64,000 nucleotides of DNA. It comes from Cyanobacteria bacterium J06626_4 (GTDB taxonomy: Bacteria > Cyanobacteriota > Cyanobacteriia > Phormidesmidales > Phormidesmidaceae). Positions 42,813 through 54,566 of this stretch are shown piece by piece. The notes beneath the pieces are model-generated. The model saw only the letters and a list, made by a program, of their open reading frames with translations, was not told the DNA's origin and searched no databases. Both the position numbers and the translations under genes were made by a program. The DNA lies in contig JBCBJQ010000014.1 of the NCBI GenBank assembly GCA_038523235.1, positions 23,582 through 87,581 of the forward strand, given 5' to 3'. Each line of letters starts with the position of its first letter. Position 1 is the stretch's first letter.

Positions 42813-43853
42813 CTATGGTTCACTACGAGCTTTGCCAGCTGGATCAGCAGCGAGTAGTACAAGTTTTCCTAATACGTCACCGCGCTCAATCATTTCATGG
42901 GCCTGTCTAGCCTGGGTTAGGGGCAGTTTCGCCGCGATCGCCGGTTTGATTTTGCCTTTAACCAGCAGTTCGAAGAGTCGAGCTAAATCTGCTGTAAACC
43001 ACTCTGGATGCCGTTGACGCAGTGCCGTAATCGAATAGAACTGCGTCACCCGACCATTCGGCAACCAGTTCCACAATTTCAGACGTAGAAAATCGAGGGG
43101 AATGCTACCACCCTGACCCAGAACCGCCGTATGAAAACCATAGGCGGCCAGGATACCGCCAGCACGCAGCCAGCTCAGCGATCGCGGTAAGCTCGCTCCG
43201 CCAATCGGATCAAACACAGCATCCACCCCGTTACCGACAATATCCCGCAGTTTGTTTTCCCAACTTTCGTGCTGATAGTCCACTGGCGTTGCGCCCAAAT
43301 CAGCAATTAGTCCCTGCTTGCTGGCCGCATCGATGCCAATCATCGACAAATTTTGCAGCTGGCCTAACTGCAGCATGGCTGACCCCACAGCGCCGCCCGC
43401 CCCTTTCACCACAATTCGCTGGCCCAGCTGCACATTGGCGACTCGATGCAGCAGTTGATAGGCGGTCAGATAAGACAAAATCAAGCTCACCGCCGCCGCT
43501 GGCTCAAGCTCTTCAGGCACCGGGGTCAAACCATTTTCGGGGCGGCAAAGATATTCCGTATAGCCACCCGTGACCGTGAGATCACCCACGCGTTGACCCA
43601 AGGTAAATCGGGTTGCGTTCGGCCCTTGCTTATCAACTACACCCACCAGATCGTAACCGGGCGAAAACGGCGGCTTGACCTGGAGTCCTGGATATTTGCC
43701 CTTGCGAATCATCACATCCGTGAAGCTGGCACTAGTCGCTAAAACTCGAATGCGCACCTCGCCCGCTTGCGGTTCCGGCAGGGTCGGTCGCTCCACCACT
43801 TGCAGCACCTCGGGTAACCCAAATTGTGTGATGACGATGCGTTGGTAGCTCAT
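42813..43853 (-). CDS. Medium-chain dehydrogenase/reductase (quinone oxidoreductase-like)
   Basis: PEVLQ, PG(Y)D..G, GAGGAVG nucleotide-binding loop, GKLVL. Confidence 0.88.
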   Translation of the reverse strand: MSYQRIVITQFGLPEVLQVVERPTLPEPQAGEVRIRVLATSASFTDVMIRKGKYPGLQVKPPFSPGYDLVGVVDKQGPNATRFTLGQRVGDLTVTGGYTEYLCRPENGLTPVPEELEPAAAVSLILSYLTAYQLLHRVANVQLGQRIVVKGAGGAVGSAMLQLGQLQNLSMIGIDAASKQGLIADLGATPVDYQHESWENKLRDIVGNGVDAVFDPIGGASLPRSLSWLRAGGILAAYGFHTAVLGQGGSIPLDFLRLKLWNWLPNGRVTQFYSITALRQRHPEWFTADLARLFELLVKGKIKPAIAAKLPLTQARQAHEMIERGDVLGKLVLLAADPAGKARSEP

Positions 43854-44833
43854 GCAACCTCTCACCTAGGAAACAACTTTCTAGCGTCGGGGTTGACCGA
43901 GTAATTGAGATCGCGTCGGAGCCACTCAAGCAGAACCAATAATCGCTGCCAAGCCTTGGCCGATCCCAACCGACGACGGGAAAAACTCTATGCTCTCCCT
44001 CCTGTGGCCTCTTGGGATGGCAGCTTCAAGCGCCGGGGAGAACACCTGATGGGTTCGGCGTCGGCAAACCCAATGAGTGCTAAAGGGCCGTGTGATGCCC
44101 TCAAGCTCGCGGGTGGTGCGTGAGCCTCAGGCGCTTTGGACATAACCACAACAGACTCAAAAACCTCGTTTAATCGACCTCTCAAGCAACGGCTCAAGCC
44201 TGTCATAAAATCCAGCTTAAACGATTAACAGATATCGCTAAAACTCCTATTTCAAAGAAGCGCCTTAATTATCTTTATATTTAACATAACCATTTCTAAA
44301 CCCGCAAAAGATCGCGATAAAAATATGAGGCTTTGGGGAATGCTCAACCAACCGCACCTAGCCTCGCTGATGACTAGCTAGTTCAAAAATAATTCACCTG
44401 AAATTTTTATTGGCAGGATGGAATCGCCAGAAATCGTGCCAAGCATTTTTGCCAAATCATCCTGAAGCGTTTACCCCATGAGCTTTAGAAGAAAGCCCAC
44501 CCCCGGCATGCCAATTAGGCATCCGGGCTACATAAGAGCTTTTAGACAGAAAAAATTCCTTAAGAGTAAAAAACAGCCTGAAGTGGCGGCTCTTGAGCAT
44601 AATCGACCAAGATTAGTTGATGTTTTAATTATGTTAATAAACTCCCCTGACTCATTGCCGCCTGTGTGAGGATAAAGATGCTTCCTCCTGTAGAAGGGAA
44701 GAGATTTTCTATCTTTCCGATCAAATATCGGATTGTAGTTTCTTTAGCTAGAGCTGATTTGAAGACTCAAGAATTTAAGCTCATGGCGCTTTAATTTAAA
44801 ACCAAATTTCAACATAACAACGGAGAAAATCAG

Positions 44834-45364
44834 ATGGATGTCAAATTTTTTCTGCGCACATACAGCCAGGGCGATCGCAACTTTCAGGCCGCGATTTTGC
44901 ACGGAGTTGACCTGAGCAACTGTAACCTGAGTGGCATTGATCTCAGTCGCGCTGACCTCAGCGGCGCTAACCTGAGTGGTGCTAACCTGAGCCGTGCCAA
45001 TGTGAAGTACGCCAACTTGGCTGGTGCAGACATTAGCCACGCTGACCTCAGTGGCGCTCACCTCGAATCAGTGAATCTCATTGGCGCTGCCTTAGACGGC
45101 ACAAAATTAGTGGGCAGCAATCTGACTCGCGCTGATTTGCGCACCGCTGACGTCGAAGGGGCTGACCTCCGCGGCGCTAATCTCACTGAAGCCGACATCA
45201 GCGGGGCAAATTTCCGTCAGGTGGATCTGGCGAGTGCTTGTTTAGAAGGGGTAGATCTGCAGGGAGTGGATCTAGAGGGAACAGACATCTCCCAAATTCT
45301 CTCTCGAGCTGAACAGGAATCAGCGGGGATTTCTCGTGATTGGGTCAGTTGGGGGGCTCATTAG
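44834..45364 (+). CDS. Pentapeptide repeat protein
   Basis: Y..GDRNF start and A(D/N)Lxx repeats; GGAG RBS. Confidence 0.92.
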   Translation: MDVKFFLRTYSQGDRNFQAAILHGVDLSNCNLSGIDLSRADLSGANLSGANLSRANVKYANLAGADISHADLSGAHLESVNLIGAALDGTKLVGSNLTRADLRTADVEGADLRGANLTEADISGANFRQVDLASACLEGVDLQGVDLEGTDISQILSRAEQESAGISRDWVSWGAH

Positions 45365-45434
45365 AGCAGCCGCACAGCTCCAACAGCGCTTAGAGTTTAA
45401 TAGCGCCGCTCGCCGTTGAAGCTCAAAACTGCCG

Positions 45435-45468
45435 TGCCCTCAGGGGATTGGCCAGTCCCCTGAGGGCA
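45435..45468. terminator. Near-perfect palindromic hairpin between convergent genes
   Basis: TGCCCTCAGGGGATTGG|CCAGTCCCCTGAGGGCA with one G-U pair; no clear U-tract. Confidence 0.55.
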
Positions 45469-45692
45469 TCATTGCCTTGCTCAGTCATCTGGGGTGACCG
45501 AATCAAACGGCGGCTGGCCAGCCCGCTCGTCATCAGCTGGCTGAGTCGGGGCGTGCTCTCTCAGCTTTACTGACCCAGGGGTCTACCTGAAGATCGCTGG
45601 GGCTCTAAGTTTTGTCGAAGCTCCAACGACGAGCCCCTAGCCGCCAAAAAGTAAGACTCGGTCGGTGAGCCAATCGCTTAGCGATCGCGCCA

Positions 45693-48600
45693 TCACGGTG
45701 ATGAGGAAAGACTACTCACACTGTCAATGGTGTAGTGGGGCCAGTGAGCCGTTAAGAATGCTGTCATGGCCTGACTATCTAAGGGGGGACTGAACTGATA
45801 GCCCTGCATCTGCTGGCAGCCCAACGCTTGTAGACAGTTCATTTGTTCAGTGGTTTCGACGCCTTCGGCCACGAGGCTCAGGTTCAGCGCTTGGCCGAGC
45901 GCGATGACGGCCTTCAGCATGGCCACGTCTTGCGCATCATCGGGGATGCCATCGACGAATGAGCGATCGATCTTCACCCCTTGAAAAGGCAACTGCTTGA
46001 GATAGCTGAGGGAAGAATACCCGGTGCCGAAGTCATCCATTACAATGCGCGCGCCCAATTTTTGCAGCTGATTAAGCGTCACCACAGAGGCCTCTAAGTT
46101 AGCGAGGGTAGCGGTTTCGGTAATTTCTAATTCCAGACATTGAGGGACGAGGTCAAGGGCACTGAGCACCTGCTCAATTTTGTCTACCAGCGCCGAGTGA
46201 TGCAGCTGTCGAGCGGATAAGTTGACCGCGATTTGCAGCTGCTCGAATCCTTGCTGATGCCAGAGCTGCAGCTGACAGCAAGCTTGCTCTAGGACCCACT
46301 CGCCCAAAGGGACGATCAGGCCAATTTCTTCAGCAATGGGGATAAAGTCTTGGGGCGGCACTTCGCCTAGTTCTGGGCTAAACCAGCGAGCGAGGGCCTC
46401 AATGCGACAGATTTTGCCCACTGCCAGGTCAATTTGCGGTTGAAAGTGCAGTCGAAATTCTCGCCGCTGCAGCGCTTGGTGAAGATGCTTTTCTAGCACC
46501 AGCTGCCGTGAAGCCGCCGAGTTCAACAGGGCATTGTAAAAGCGATAGGTATTGCGGCCATCCCCTTTGGCGGCGTACATCGCGGCATCGGCATATTGCA
46601 GCAGCGTGGTCACCGTGTCACCATCGTTGGGATAAACAGCAATGCCAATGCTGCCGGTGATGTAGAGTTCGTGATGCTCAATCAGAAAGGGGGGTCTGAG
46701 TTTTTCAGCGAGTCTTTCAGCGACGTTTGCAGCCTCATCGGTGGAGCTGAGATCACGCAGGATTAAGGTAAACTCATCACCGCCCCACCTGGCCAGCATG
46801 TCGTTGCGGCGGAGCCCTTCGATCAGGCGCTGGGTCGCTTGCACTAAGAGCGCATCGCCGATCGCGTGACCGAGCGTATCGTTGATGTTTTTGAAGCGGT
46901 CTAAATCTAAGAACATCACGGCAATGAGGGTTTCATGACGCCGGGCAGTCGCCATCGCCAGGGGCAGTTGTTGATTGAAGGCCGTGCGGTTAGGCAACCC
47001 CGTGAGCGGATCATGAAACGCCTGATAGCGCATCTGTTCTTCAGTGTGGCGTCGTTTAAAGGCGCCACCAATACTGGCTGCAATGGTGACTAAGATGGAT
47101 TCTTCGCTAGAGGTCCAATCGCGCATCTGGCGACAGGCATCGAACCCGATGTAGCCCCACAAATCATGGTCAATAAAAATAGGCACCATGACCAGTGAAA
47201 CGATGCCATCCCGCGACAGTAGCTGCTGCTCCCCCATGGGAAAAGTGGAGACTCGTCCCCGAATTGACTGACCCGCTTGAAAAGCGCGATACCAACGCAT
47301 GAGGCCATGTTCGGCATAGCTCTGATTTTGCCAATGAGGCTGATCGAGGCGGGGAGGAATACCAGTCTGTATCCATTCATGCCGCATACTCATGCAGGGG
47401 GCGTCAGTTTTGGCATAACAGTGATTTTCGTACAGGTAAGCCCGATCAGCCGCCGCTGCCTCACCCAAAATGGCCAGAACCTGGGCAATAGATTGTTCGA
47501 TATCGAGATTGGTCAACAGGTACTGGCTGCCTTGAGCCACCCCTTGTAGCAAGCGATCGCGCCGATATAGCTGGAGTTCGCTGCCCTTGCGCTCAGTAAT
47601 ATCTTCAACGGTGCCCTCAAATCCCACCACGGCCCCGTTGGCGTCGTAGGTGGTCCGCGCCGATTCAGAGATCCAGATCACGGTGCCGTCTTTTTTGTAA
47701 ACAGCGGACTCGTAACCAATAACGGCTCCTTGAGTTAGCATCTGCTCGACAAAGATTTCGCGCCGCCCGGGCTCGACATACAGCTGCTGCTCGATATTGG
47801 TGAGGCTGGTGATGAGTTCTTGGGGCGAGGCATAGCCATAAATCTTGGCCAACATCGGGTTAACGGTGAGGTAGCGACCACTGGGCGTGGTTTGAAAGAT
47901 GCCCTCAACGGCGTTTTCAAAAATGCTGCGATATTTAGTTTCGGCTTGGCGCAGGGAGATGTCGGCTTGAAATCGTTCCGTCGCGATCGCCACTGCGTGA
48001 GCCGCCACGCGCAGCAGATTGACCTCTGACGGCGACCAAATTCTGGCCGCCTCACAGTTGTCAAAGCCGATTAGGCCGCTGAATTGGCCCCGCACCTGCA
48101 GCGGTAGCAGCAAAATGGATTTCACGGCAGAGGGCGCCTGACCCAGAATTTGCTGCAAGGGTTCAGGAAACTGATCTAGGGTCTGGTTAATACAGTTTTT
48201 CTGACTGAGTTCAGCCACCCAATCCGCGATCGCTCCCTGCAGCTCAAACGTGGCCACACTGGGGTGCCGATAGGTCGAGACCGTATCCGCCGAGGTCCAC
48301 TGGGCGCGTTGCACCAGTTGATCCGGCAGCCGCTCATATAGGTAAACCCGATTGGCTTCAGTAGCCAGCGCCAGCGGTTGCAACGCGGCACAAAAGCGCT
48401 CATTGTCCCAACTGCTATCGAGGTCTAACAGCTGGCGTTGGAGTTCAACTAACGCCGTTAAATACTGCTCGCGCCGGTTGAGATTTTTTTGAAAGGCAAT
48501 GCGATCGCTGACATCCTCTAAACTCCCCAGCACCCCAATCACCTGCTGACTGGCATCGTGAATCGGAAATTTGCTGCAGTTGAACCACTGGTTAAGGGGC

Positions 48601-50222
48601 GCTTCCCTGAATTCCAAGGTATTGATCTGAGGCCAGTTGGCCTGCATCACGTGGCGGTCTTGCTGACGATAATAACCGGCCTCCTCAGCCAAATAGGCTG
48701 GTAGGTCATAGTCTGTTTTACCCACGACCTCAGCCGAATTTTGCAGGCCGACGCTCTGGGCAAACGCCTGGTTGCAGCCAAGGTAGGTGCCTTTATGATC
48801 CTTCCAAAACAAATGTTGGGGAATGCTGTCGAGCACGAGGCTGAGAAATTTTTCTCGTTCAATCAGCGCCTGCTCCGCTTCTACCTGGTCAGTCACGTCG
48901 CGAGACACGGCCAGCACCTGGCGATCGCTCAACTCACTAGGCTGGTTAATCATGCAGCCAATGGTTTCAAACCAGCGATAGTCACCGCTGCGATGTCGAA
49001 TGCGAAACCGTAGCGTGGGCACAGCCTTAAGGCGCAAAAACTGCCGATAGTGCTGCAGGACGCGTGGCTTGTCTTGGGGATGAAAAAACTGCTCAGGGGA
49101 ACGGCCAATCAATTCTTCCGGGGTATAGCCCAACAAGTTGTAACAGGCGGGCGACACATAGTGAAAGACGCCGGTCAAATCATGTTGCGAAATCAGATCT
49201 AAAGAGCCTTCTGCCAACATGCGATAGCGGGTTTCGCTTTCGCGTAAGGCAGCCTCAGTCTGCTTCAGCGGCGTAATGTCGGTAATAAAGCCTTCTAGAG
49301 CGACGATCACGCCAGCGTCGTTCAAGATCACCTGCCCCTTTTCCCAAACCCACTTTTCTTCACCACTACGGGTGATGATGCGATATTCCACCTGATAGGA
49401 CCGGCCTTGGTCCAATGCTTGCTCAATCGTTCTGACCACTCGGCACAAGTCATCGGCATGGGTGATGTCGTTGTAGGAAGCAGGACGATTGTCGCCGACC
49501 AATTCCGTCTGGGCATAGCCGGTGAGATAACTGCAGCCGTCGCTCAGCCAGCGCATCCGCCAGTCGGGTGGCCCCGCCGCCTTAAACACAATGCCCGGTA
49601 GCGTATTAATGACCCGTTGCAGTTGCTGCTGATAGGCCGTCAGCGCCGCTTCTGTTTGCTTGAGGCGGAGAATTGAGCCCACCTGTACTGCGATCGCCTC
49701 AACAAGTCGTAAGTGGTCGTGATCGCAGGCTTGCACCTCACTTGCGAAGAAAACGAGCACCATCAAGACCTCACCATCCAAGGTCACCGGAACACCCAAA
49801 CCAGCGCCTAAACCGTATTGCTGCGCTAAGTCTCGCCGATGAAAGGTCGTCAATGAGCAGTGAGCCGTATCGGCCAACCATTCTGCTTGGCCCGTGGCAT
49901 AGACGCGCCCTGGCAAGCCCTGCCCTTGAGCAAACTGATCACGATAACTCTCCTGATCAAACCCCGCCAAGTGAGCTGCAGTTGTGTAGGAAAGGCCGCT
50001 GTGACAGAGCTGTTGATCCGTTTGCGGGAACCAAACCTCGCCAAACACCCACCGGGTGGAAGTACAAACCAACTCTAAAAGCAGCAGCAGCGCGGCATCA
50101 AAATCAGGCGCTTGACTGATTGCTGTAGCGATCGTTTGCAGCAGATTCAAGGCCGCAGCATCGATGCCAGAAGCATTGCTCCTGGATGAGTGCAGGGAAT
50201 CAACATGCGTAAAATAAGTCAT
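45693..50222 (-). CDS. GAF/PAS multi-sensor diguanylate cyclase/phosphodiesterase (GGDEF-EAL)
   Basis: Several GAF and PAS domains, HDPLTGLPNR, RxxD I-site, intact GGDEF, EAL and DDFGTGYSS. Confidence 0.93.
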   Translation of the reverse strand: MTYFTHVDSLHSSRSNASGIDAAALNLLQTIATAISQAPDFDAALLLLLELVCTSTRWVFGEVWFPQTDQQLCHSGLSYTTAAHLAGFDQESYRDQFAQGQGLPGRVYATGQAEWLADTAHCSLTTFHRRDLAQQYGLGAGLGVPVTLDGEVLMVLVFFASEVQACDHDHLRLVEAIAVQVGSILRLKQTEAALTAYQQQLQRVINTLPGIVFKAAGPPDWRMRWLSDGCSYLTGYAQTELVGDNRPASYNDITHADDLCRVVRTIEQALDQGRSYQVEYRIITRSGEEKWVWEKGQVILNDAGVIVALEGFITDITPLKQTEAALRESETRYRMLAEGSLDLISQHDLTGVFHYVSPACYNLLGYTPEELIGRSPEQFFHPQDKPRVLQHYRQFLRLKAVPTLRFRIRHRSGDYRWFETIGCMINQPSELSDRQVLAVSRDVTDQVEAEQALIEREKFLSLVLDSIPQHLFWKDHKGTYLGCNQAFAQSVGLQNSAEVVGKTDYDLPAYLAEEAGYYRQQDRHVMQANWPQINTLEFREAPLNQWFNCSKFPIHDASQQVIGVLGSLEDVSDRIAFQKNLNRREQYLTALVELQRQLLDLDSSWDNERFCAALQPLALATEANRVYLYERLPDQLVQRAQWTSADTVSTYRHPSVATFELQGAIADWVAELSQKNCINQTLDQFPEPLQQILGQAPSAVKSILLLPLQVRGQFSGLIGFDNCEAARIWSPSEVNLLRVAAHAVAIATERFQADISLRQAETKYRSIFENAVEGIFQTTPSGRYLTVNPMLAKIYGYASPQELITSLTNIEQQLYVEPGRREIFVEQMLTQGAVIGYESAVYKKDGTVIWISESARTTYDANGAVVGFEGTVEDITERKGSELQLYRRDRLLQGVAQGSQYLLTNLDIEQSIAQVLAILGEAAAADRAYLYENHCYAKTDAPCMSMRHEWIQTGIPPRLDQPHWQNQSYAEHGLMRWYRAFQAGQSIRGRVSTFPMGEQQLLSRDGIVSLVMVPIFIDHDLWGYIGFDACRQMRDWTSSEESILVTIAASIGGAFKRRHTEEQMRYQAFHDPLTGLPNRTAFNQQLPLAMATARRHETLIAVMFLDLDRFKNINDTLGHAIGDALLVQATQRLIEGLRRNDMLARWGGDEFTLILRDLSSTDEAANVAERLAEKLRPPFLIEHHELYITGSIGIAVYPNDGDTVTTLLQYADAAMYAAKGDGRNTYRFYNALLNSAASRQLVLEKHLHQALQRREFRLHFQPQIDLAVGKICRIEALARWFSPELGEVPPQDFIPIAEEIGLIVPLGEWVLEQACCQLQLWHQQGFEQLQIAVNLSARQLHHSALVDKIEQVLSALDLVPQCLELEITETATLANLEASVVTLNQLQKLGARIVMDDFGTGYSSLSYLKQLPFQGVKIDRSFVDGIPDDAQDVAMLKAVIALGQALNLSLVAEGVETTEQMNCLQALGCQQMQGYQFSPPLDSQAMTAFLTAHWPHYTIDSVSSLSSSP

Positions 50223-51537
50223 CGATCGCTCGTAGAAGTCTCCTCAAACACCAGACAAATTGAGCGCCTAGGGAACTTCAGCGCCTAAGAAACCGAGAAA
50301 CTTGAAACGTGTCAATCCAACCGTTACGAGTTCTAATCTTGCATGAGCGCTCGCAGTCTGTCCTTTGACGCTAAGGGGCCGTTCAACATTAGGTTTCCCA
50401 ACAAAATCCACTGGCTTGTTGAAGTTGCAAATTTATCGCAATTTAGAGTTGATGACTGCTGGCTAGATAACCAAACCTCTAGACTGTCAGCCGTGAGGGC
50501 TGGGGCCAAGCGTTTCAGTCACCTGCCAGCCCCCTTCCAAATAATGCTTAGAGCCATGGCCCGTGAGGCGACCGCACCACTACCCACAATGGCAACAGGG
50601 AGATCAGGGCTGAGGGGGCGGCAGGCTCTCAGTGGAAAGTTTGGCGCGATCTGTGGGGAATCGCCCAACTCCAAGCGGAGATGATTTTCGGAACGATGCC
50701 CGATAATGCTCGCGTGCCCCTCCTAAAAATGAAACCCGGAGGAGATCATCCGCACAGCGAGGCAACGAATCTGGTTCTTTTCAGCGTATGCACCATCAGC
50801 AAGACTGGAGAAATGACCGGCAAGACAGCGAGTTCACCTTCTCAATCAATGCGGGAAGTGAGCACGATCATATCTGGCCTTAAATTTTTCAGGTTGTTGA
50901 TTGACGACACATTCTAGGGCATGAATTAATGACAATCACCAGGCTTTACCGCATCCCGCTGCTTGCTCTAGAAAGCCTATTGACTGAGTGCAGTTGCCTA
51001 TTTAGCATCGCTCACCGAGTGAAAAGCCAAGGGAATTTAAACCACGAACTCGCTTAGAGCTGTGTAAAGCCATCAAAAGTTTTGAGTGCTTGGATGCAAA
51101 AATCTGCGCGATCATCGGTCTGAAATCGGGGATCAAAGTTTGACTTAGCCATTGCCAAACGGGCTTCATCTCGTCAGAAAATCGGCCTGAAGCTGTCATC
51201 ACCACAGCCTATTCAGCGGGATACGACGGATTTATCCTCCTAGGCAATCGAAGTTTTTGGCTGAACTGGATCACCCTGCAAGCGATTCTAGTCATCCCAA
51301 TCAAGGCTGCCAAGACTGCATTATTTCCTCATCTCAGGGGTCTCTGATCTACTCAACTGAGATGAGTTAACAGGACGCCAGTAGACAGCCATCTGCCTGT
51401 CAATTCGCCCGGCAATTTCTGAGCAAATTGCTGATAAGAACCGTCATTTGTTTCAGAAGACTCACTATTTTCAAGAGCATCTGTACTTCAGGTCAGATGT
51501 ACTGCTATTTTAGAAGAATAGTTCAACTGTTTTGTGC

Positions 51538-54500
51538 ATGATCCCCAAGCAGTTAGTGCTCCGCAACTTTTTAAGTTATCGCGAGGCCACCCTCAATTTT
51601 GGTGGCCTGCAAGTCGCTTGCGTCTCGGGGCCAAACGGAGCGGGCAAGTCGTCGTTGTTAGAGGCGATCGCCTGGGCAATTTGGGGGCAAAGCCGTACTG
51701 TGGCTGAAGATGACGTGGTGCATCTAGGCGCGTTAGAGGCGCAGGTTGACTTTACCTTTGAGCACCAACAGCAGCTCTATCGGGTGATGCGATCGCGGCG
51801 GCGCAAGCAGGGTGGCACGCTGGAGTTTCAGGTGCATACTGACCAGGGGTTTCGCCCCTTGACCCAGCGCGGCATGCGGGCCACGCAACAGTTAATTTGC
51901 CAAACTCTGCGGCTGGACTACGAAACCTTTGTTAATTCCGCCTATTTACGCCAGGGGCGAGCCGACGAATTTATGCTGAAGCGCCCCAGCGAGCGCAAGC
52001 AGATTCTCTCAGATCTCTTGAAGCTGGGGCAATATGACGAGCTGGCCGACAAAGCCAAGGAGCGGGCCCGCGACGCTAAAGCTCAGGTCGCCGTGCTGGA
52101 AACCACACTGGCAACGCTAGAAGCCCAGTGCAATCAGCGCGGCGCGATCGCCCAAGAAGCCCAACGACTAGAAGCCCAACTGCAGACCTTGCAGGCTGAT
52201 CAGGTCGCTGATCAGCAAACTTTAGCCCAGCATCAGGAGCAACATCAACAGCGGCAGGCGCTCCGGCAGGCCCAAGTATTGCTCCAGCAGCAACTGACTC
52301 ACGTCACTGTCGAGGGCGATCGCCTGCACCGCGAGCACCAAGCCCTGGCCGAAGAACACGCCAGCCTCGAAGAAATTCTCGCTCGATCCCCAGCGATTGA
52401 GGCGGGCCTCGCCACCCTGCAGGCATTAGAAACCCAAGACGACACTCTACAGGCCCAGTTTCAGCAACAACAGGCCCTGCAAACCCGCCGCGATCGCCTC
52501 TATCAAACCCACCAGGCCCAGGCGCAGGCTCTGCAGGCTGAGCAACAACAGCACCGTCACCAATTGGATACGCTGATTCAGCAGCTGGCCGGCCTCACCC
52601 CCATTTTGCAAAAGCAAGATGCAGTGGCGACCGCGATGGCCAGCTTAACCAAGGCGCGTAAACGGTTGCAGGCGCTGGATCAGCTGCAGCTCCAGGTCAG
52701 TCCGCTGCGGCAGCGCCAGCAAACCCTGCAGCGCGAGCTGGATCAGTCCCAGGCAGAACTCTCAGCGCGGCTGGCCGTACTCACCGATTCTGAGACTCAG
52801 CTACAGCGACAGCAGTCTCAGCAGCCCCAACTGCAGCAGGCAGTGGTGGCGGTCGGCCATACCCTAGAAGCGCTAACAGCCAAACGCGCCTATCAAGAAC
52901 AGGTGCGCGAGAAGGGCATTGAACGGCGACATTTTATGGAACGTTTGCAGGCGGAGCAGCGGGGTTATGAAGTGCAGCTGGCGCAAATTGATCAAAAGCT
53001 GCAGCTTTTGCAGCAGCCTGATGCCCCTTGTCCCGTCTGCGATCGCCCCCTTAAGCAGCACAATTGGCAGAGTGTGGTGAGCCAGCATCGCCAAGATCAG
53101 ACCGAGCTGCAGCGGCAGATCTGGGTGATTCGCGAGCAGCTCGCCGTCTCCGAGCGCGAAATTCAGGTATTGCGGCAAGAATATCGAGAATTGGAAGAAG
53201 AACTGGCTGATTATGGCCAGATTTTAGAACAGCGCGGCAGCCTGATGGCGAAACTCAACTCCACCACCTCGGCGGCGCAGCAGTTGCAGGCACTAACCGA
53301 GGAGCGATCACATCTTGAACGCTGCCTGGCTGAGCGCCACTACGCCCCCGACGTGCAGCAAGAGCTGCGCCAAATCACTGAGCAGCTGACGGCGCTGGCC
53401 TACGACGAGCGCGATCATGCCCTGGTGCGCGGCCAGGTCGATCGCCTGCGCTGGGCTGAGGTGCGCCAGGCCGAGATTCGCCAGGCCGACCACCAACAGA
53501 CGCAGCTGCGCCAGCAGCAGCCCCAGCTCGAACAGGCGATCGCGCGCCTAGAAGCGCAAATGGCGGCGCTGGCCCAGTCCGAAACGGTGCAAATGATTGT
53601 CGAACTCGATGCCCAACTGGCGGCATTGGGCTATCGAGTCGAGACCCACCAGCAGGTGAGATCGCGGCTCAAGGCTGCGCAACCATGGACACTCCAGTTT
53701 CAGCAGGTCACACAGGCTCGCCAGCGCCAGCCTCAACTGGCGCAGCAGCTTCAGGAAATTGCGCAGCAGTGCCAGCAGGTCGAGCAGCAGCAGCAAACCC
53801 TTACCGCTGAGAACCAAGCGCTGACGGCGCAAATTCGTGACTGTCCTGATGTGCAGGCGGTGATCGCTGCCCTGCAGACTCAGCTAAGCGATCGTCAGCA
53901 GCAGCGTGAGCAGATTCTCTCGGCGCAGGGGGCGCTAAAACAGCGCTTGGTTCAATGTGATCAGCGACAAACCGAATGGCAGCAACAGCAGCAAACCTTG
54001 CTGCAGGCCCAACGTCGCCTATTGGTGCATCAAGAGCTGGCGACCGCATTTGGCCGCAATGGCTTGCAGGCGCTACTCATCGAGCATCTATTGCCCCAAC
54101 TAGAGGCGGAGACGAACCACCTTTTAGGCCGCCTCAGCGCCCACCAGCTACATGTGCAGTTTGTGACCCAGCGGGCGGGCCGCAGCCGCCAGGGCAAACT
54201 GATCGACACCCTGGATATTGTCATCGCCGATGCCCAGGGCACTCGCCCCTACGAAACCTATTCGGGGGGAGAAGCTTTTCGCGTGAATTTTGCCATTCGG
54301 CTGGCGCTGGCGCGACTGCTGGCCCAGCGCTCGGGCACGCCGCTGCAAATGTTGATTATCGATGAGGGCTTTGGTACCCAAGACCGCGAGGGGTGCGATC
54401 GCCTCATTGGGGCCATCACCGCGATCGCGGCGGATTTTGCCTGCATTCTCGCAGTCACCCACATCCCCCATTTCCGCGAAGCCTTTGAAACCCGCATTGA

Positions 54501-54546
54501 TGTGAGCAAGACTCCCGATGGTTCGCAGCTCACTGTCTCGATGTAG
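51538..54546 (+). CDS. sbcC: Exonuclease subunit SbcC (Rad50-like SMC ATPase)
   Basis: GPNGAGKSS, zinc-hook CPVC, YSGGE signature, IIDEGFG, long Gln-rich coiled coils. Confidence 0.92.
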   Translation: MIPKQLVLRNFLSYREATLNFGGLQVACVSGPNGAGKSSLLEAIAWAIWGQSRTVAEDDVVHLGALEAQVDFTFEHQQQLYRVMRSRRRKQGGTLEFQVHTDQGFRPLTQRGMRATQQLICQTLRLDYETFVNSAYLRQGRADEFMLKRPSERKQILSDLLKLGQYDELADKAKERARDAKAQVAVLETTLATLEAQCNQRGAIAQEAQRLEAQLQTLQADQVADQQTLAQHQEQHQQRQALRQAQVLLQQQLTHVTVEGDRLHREHQALAEEHASLEEILARSPAIEAGLATLQALETQDDTLQAQFQQQQALQTRRDRLYQTHQAQAQALQAEQQQHRHQLDTLIQQLAGLTPILQKQDAVATAMASLTKARKRLQALDQLQLQVSPLRQRQQTLQRELDQSQAELSARLAVLTDSETQLQRQQSQQPQLQQAVVAVGHTLEALTAKRAYQEQVREKGIERRHFMERLQAEQRGYEVQLAQIDQKLQLLQQPDAPCPVCDRPLKQHNWQSVVSQHRQDQTELQRQIWVIREQLAVSEREIQVLRQEYRELEEELADYGQILEQRGSLMAKLNSTTSAAQQLQALTEERSHLERCLAERHYAPDVQQELRQITEQLTALAYDERDHALVRGQVDRLRWAEVRQAEIRQADHQQTQLRQQQPQLEQAIARLEAQMAALAQSETVQMIVELDAQLAALGYRVETHQQVRSRLKAAQPWTLQFQQVTQARQRQPQLAQQLQEIAQQCQQVEQQQQTLTAENQALTAQIRDCPDVQAVIAALQTQLSDRQQQREQILSAQGALKQRLVQCDQRQTEWQQQQQTLLQAQRRLLVHQELATAFGRNGLQALLIEHLLPQLEAETNHLLGRLSAHQLHVQFVTQRAGRSRQGKLIDTLDIVIADAQGTRPYETYSGGEAFRVNFAIRLALARLLAQRSGTPLQMLIIDEGFGTQDREGCDRLIGAITAIAADFACILAVTHIPHFREAFETRIDVSKTPDGSQLTVSM

Positions 54547-54566
54547 GGACGCCCATGCCACCACAG

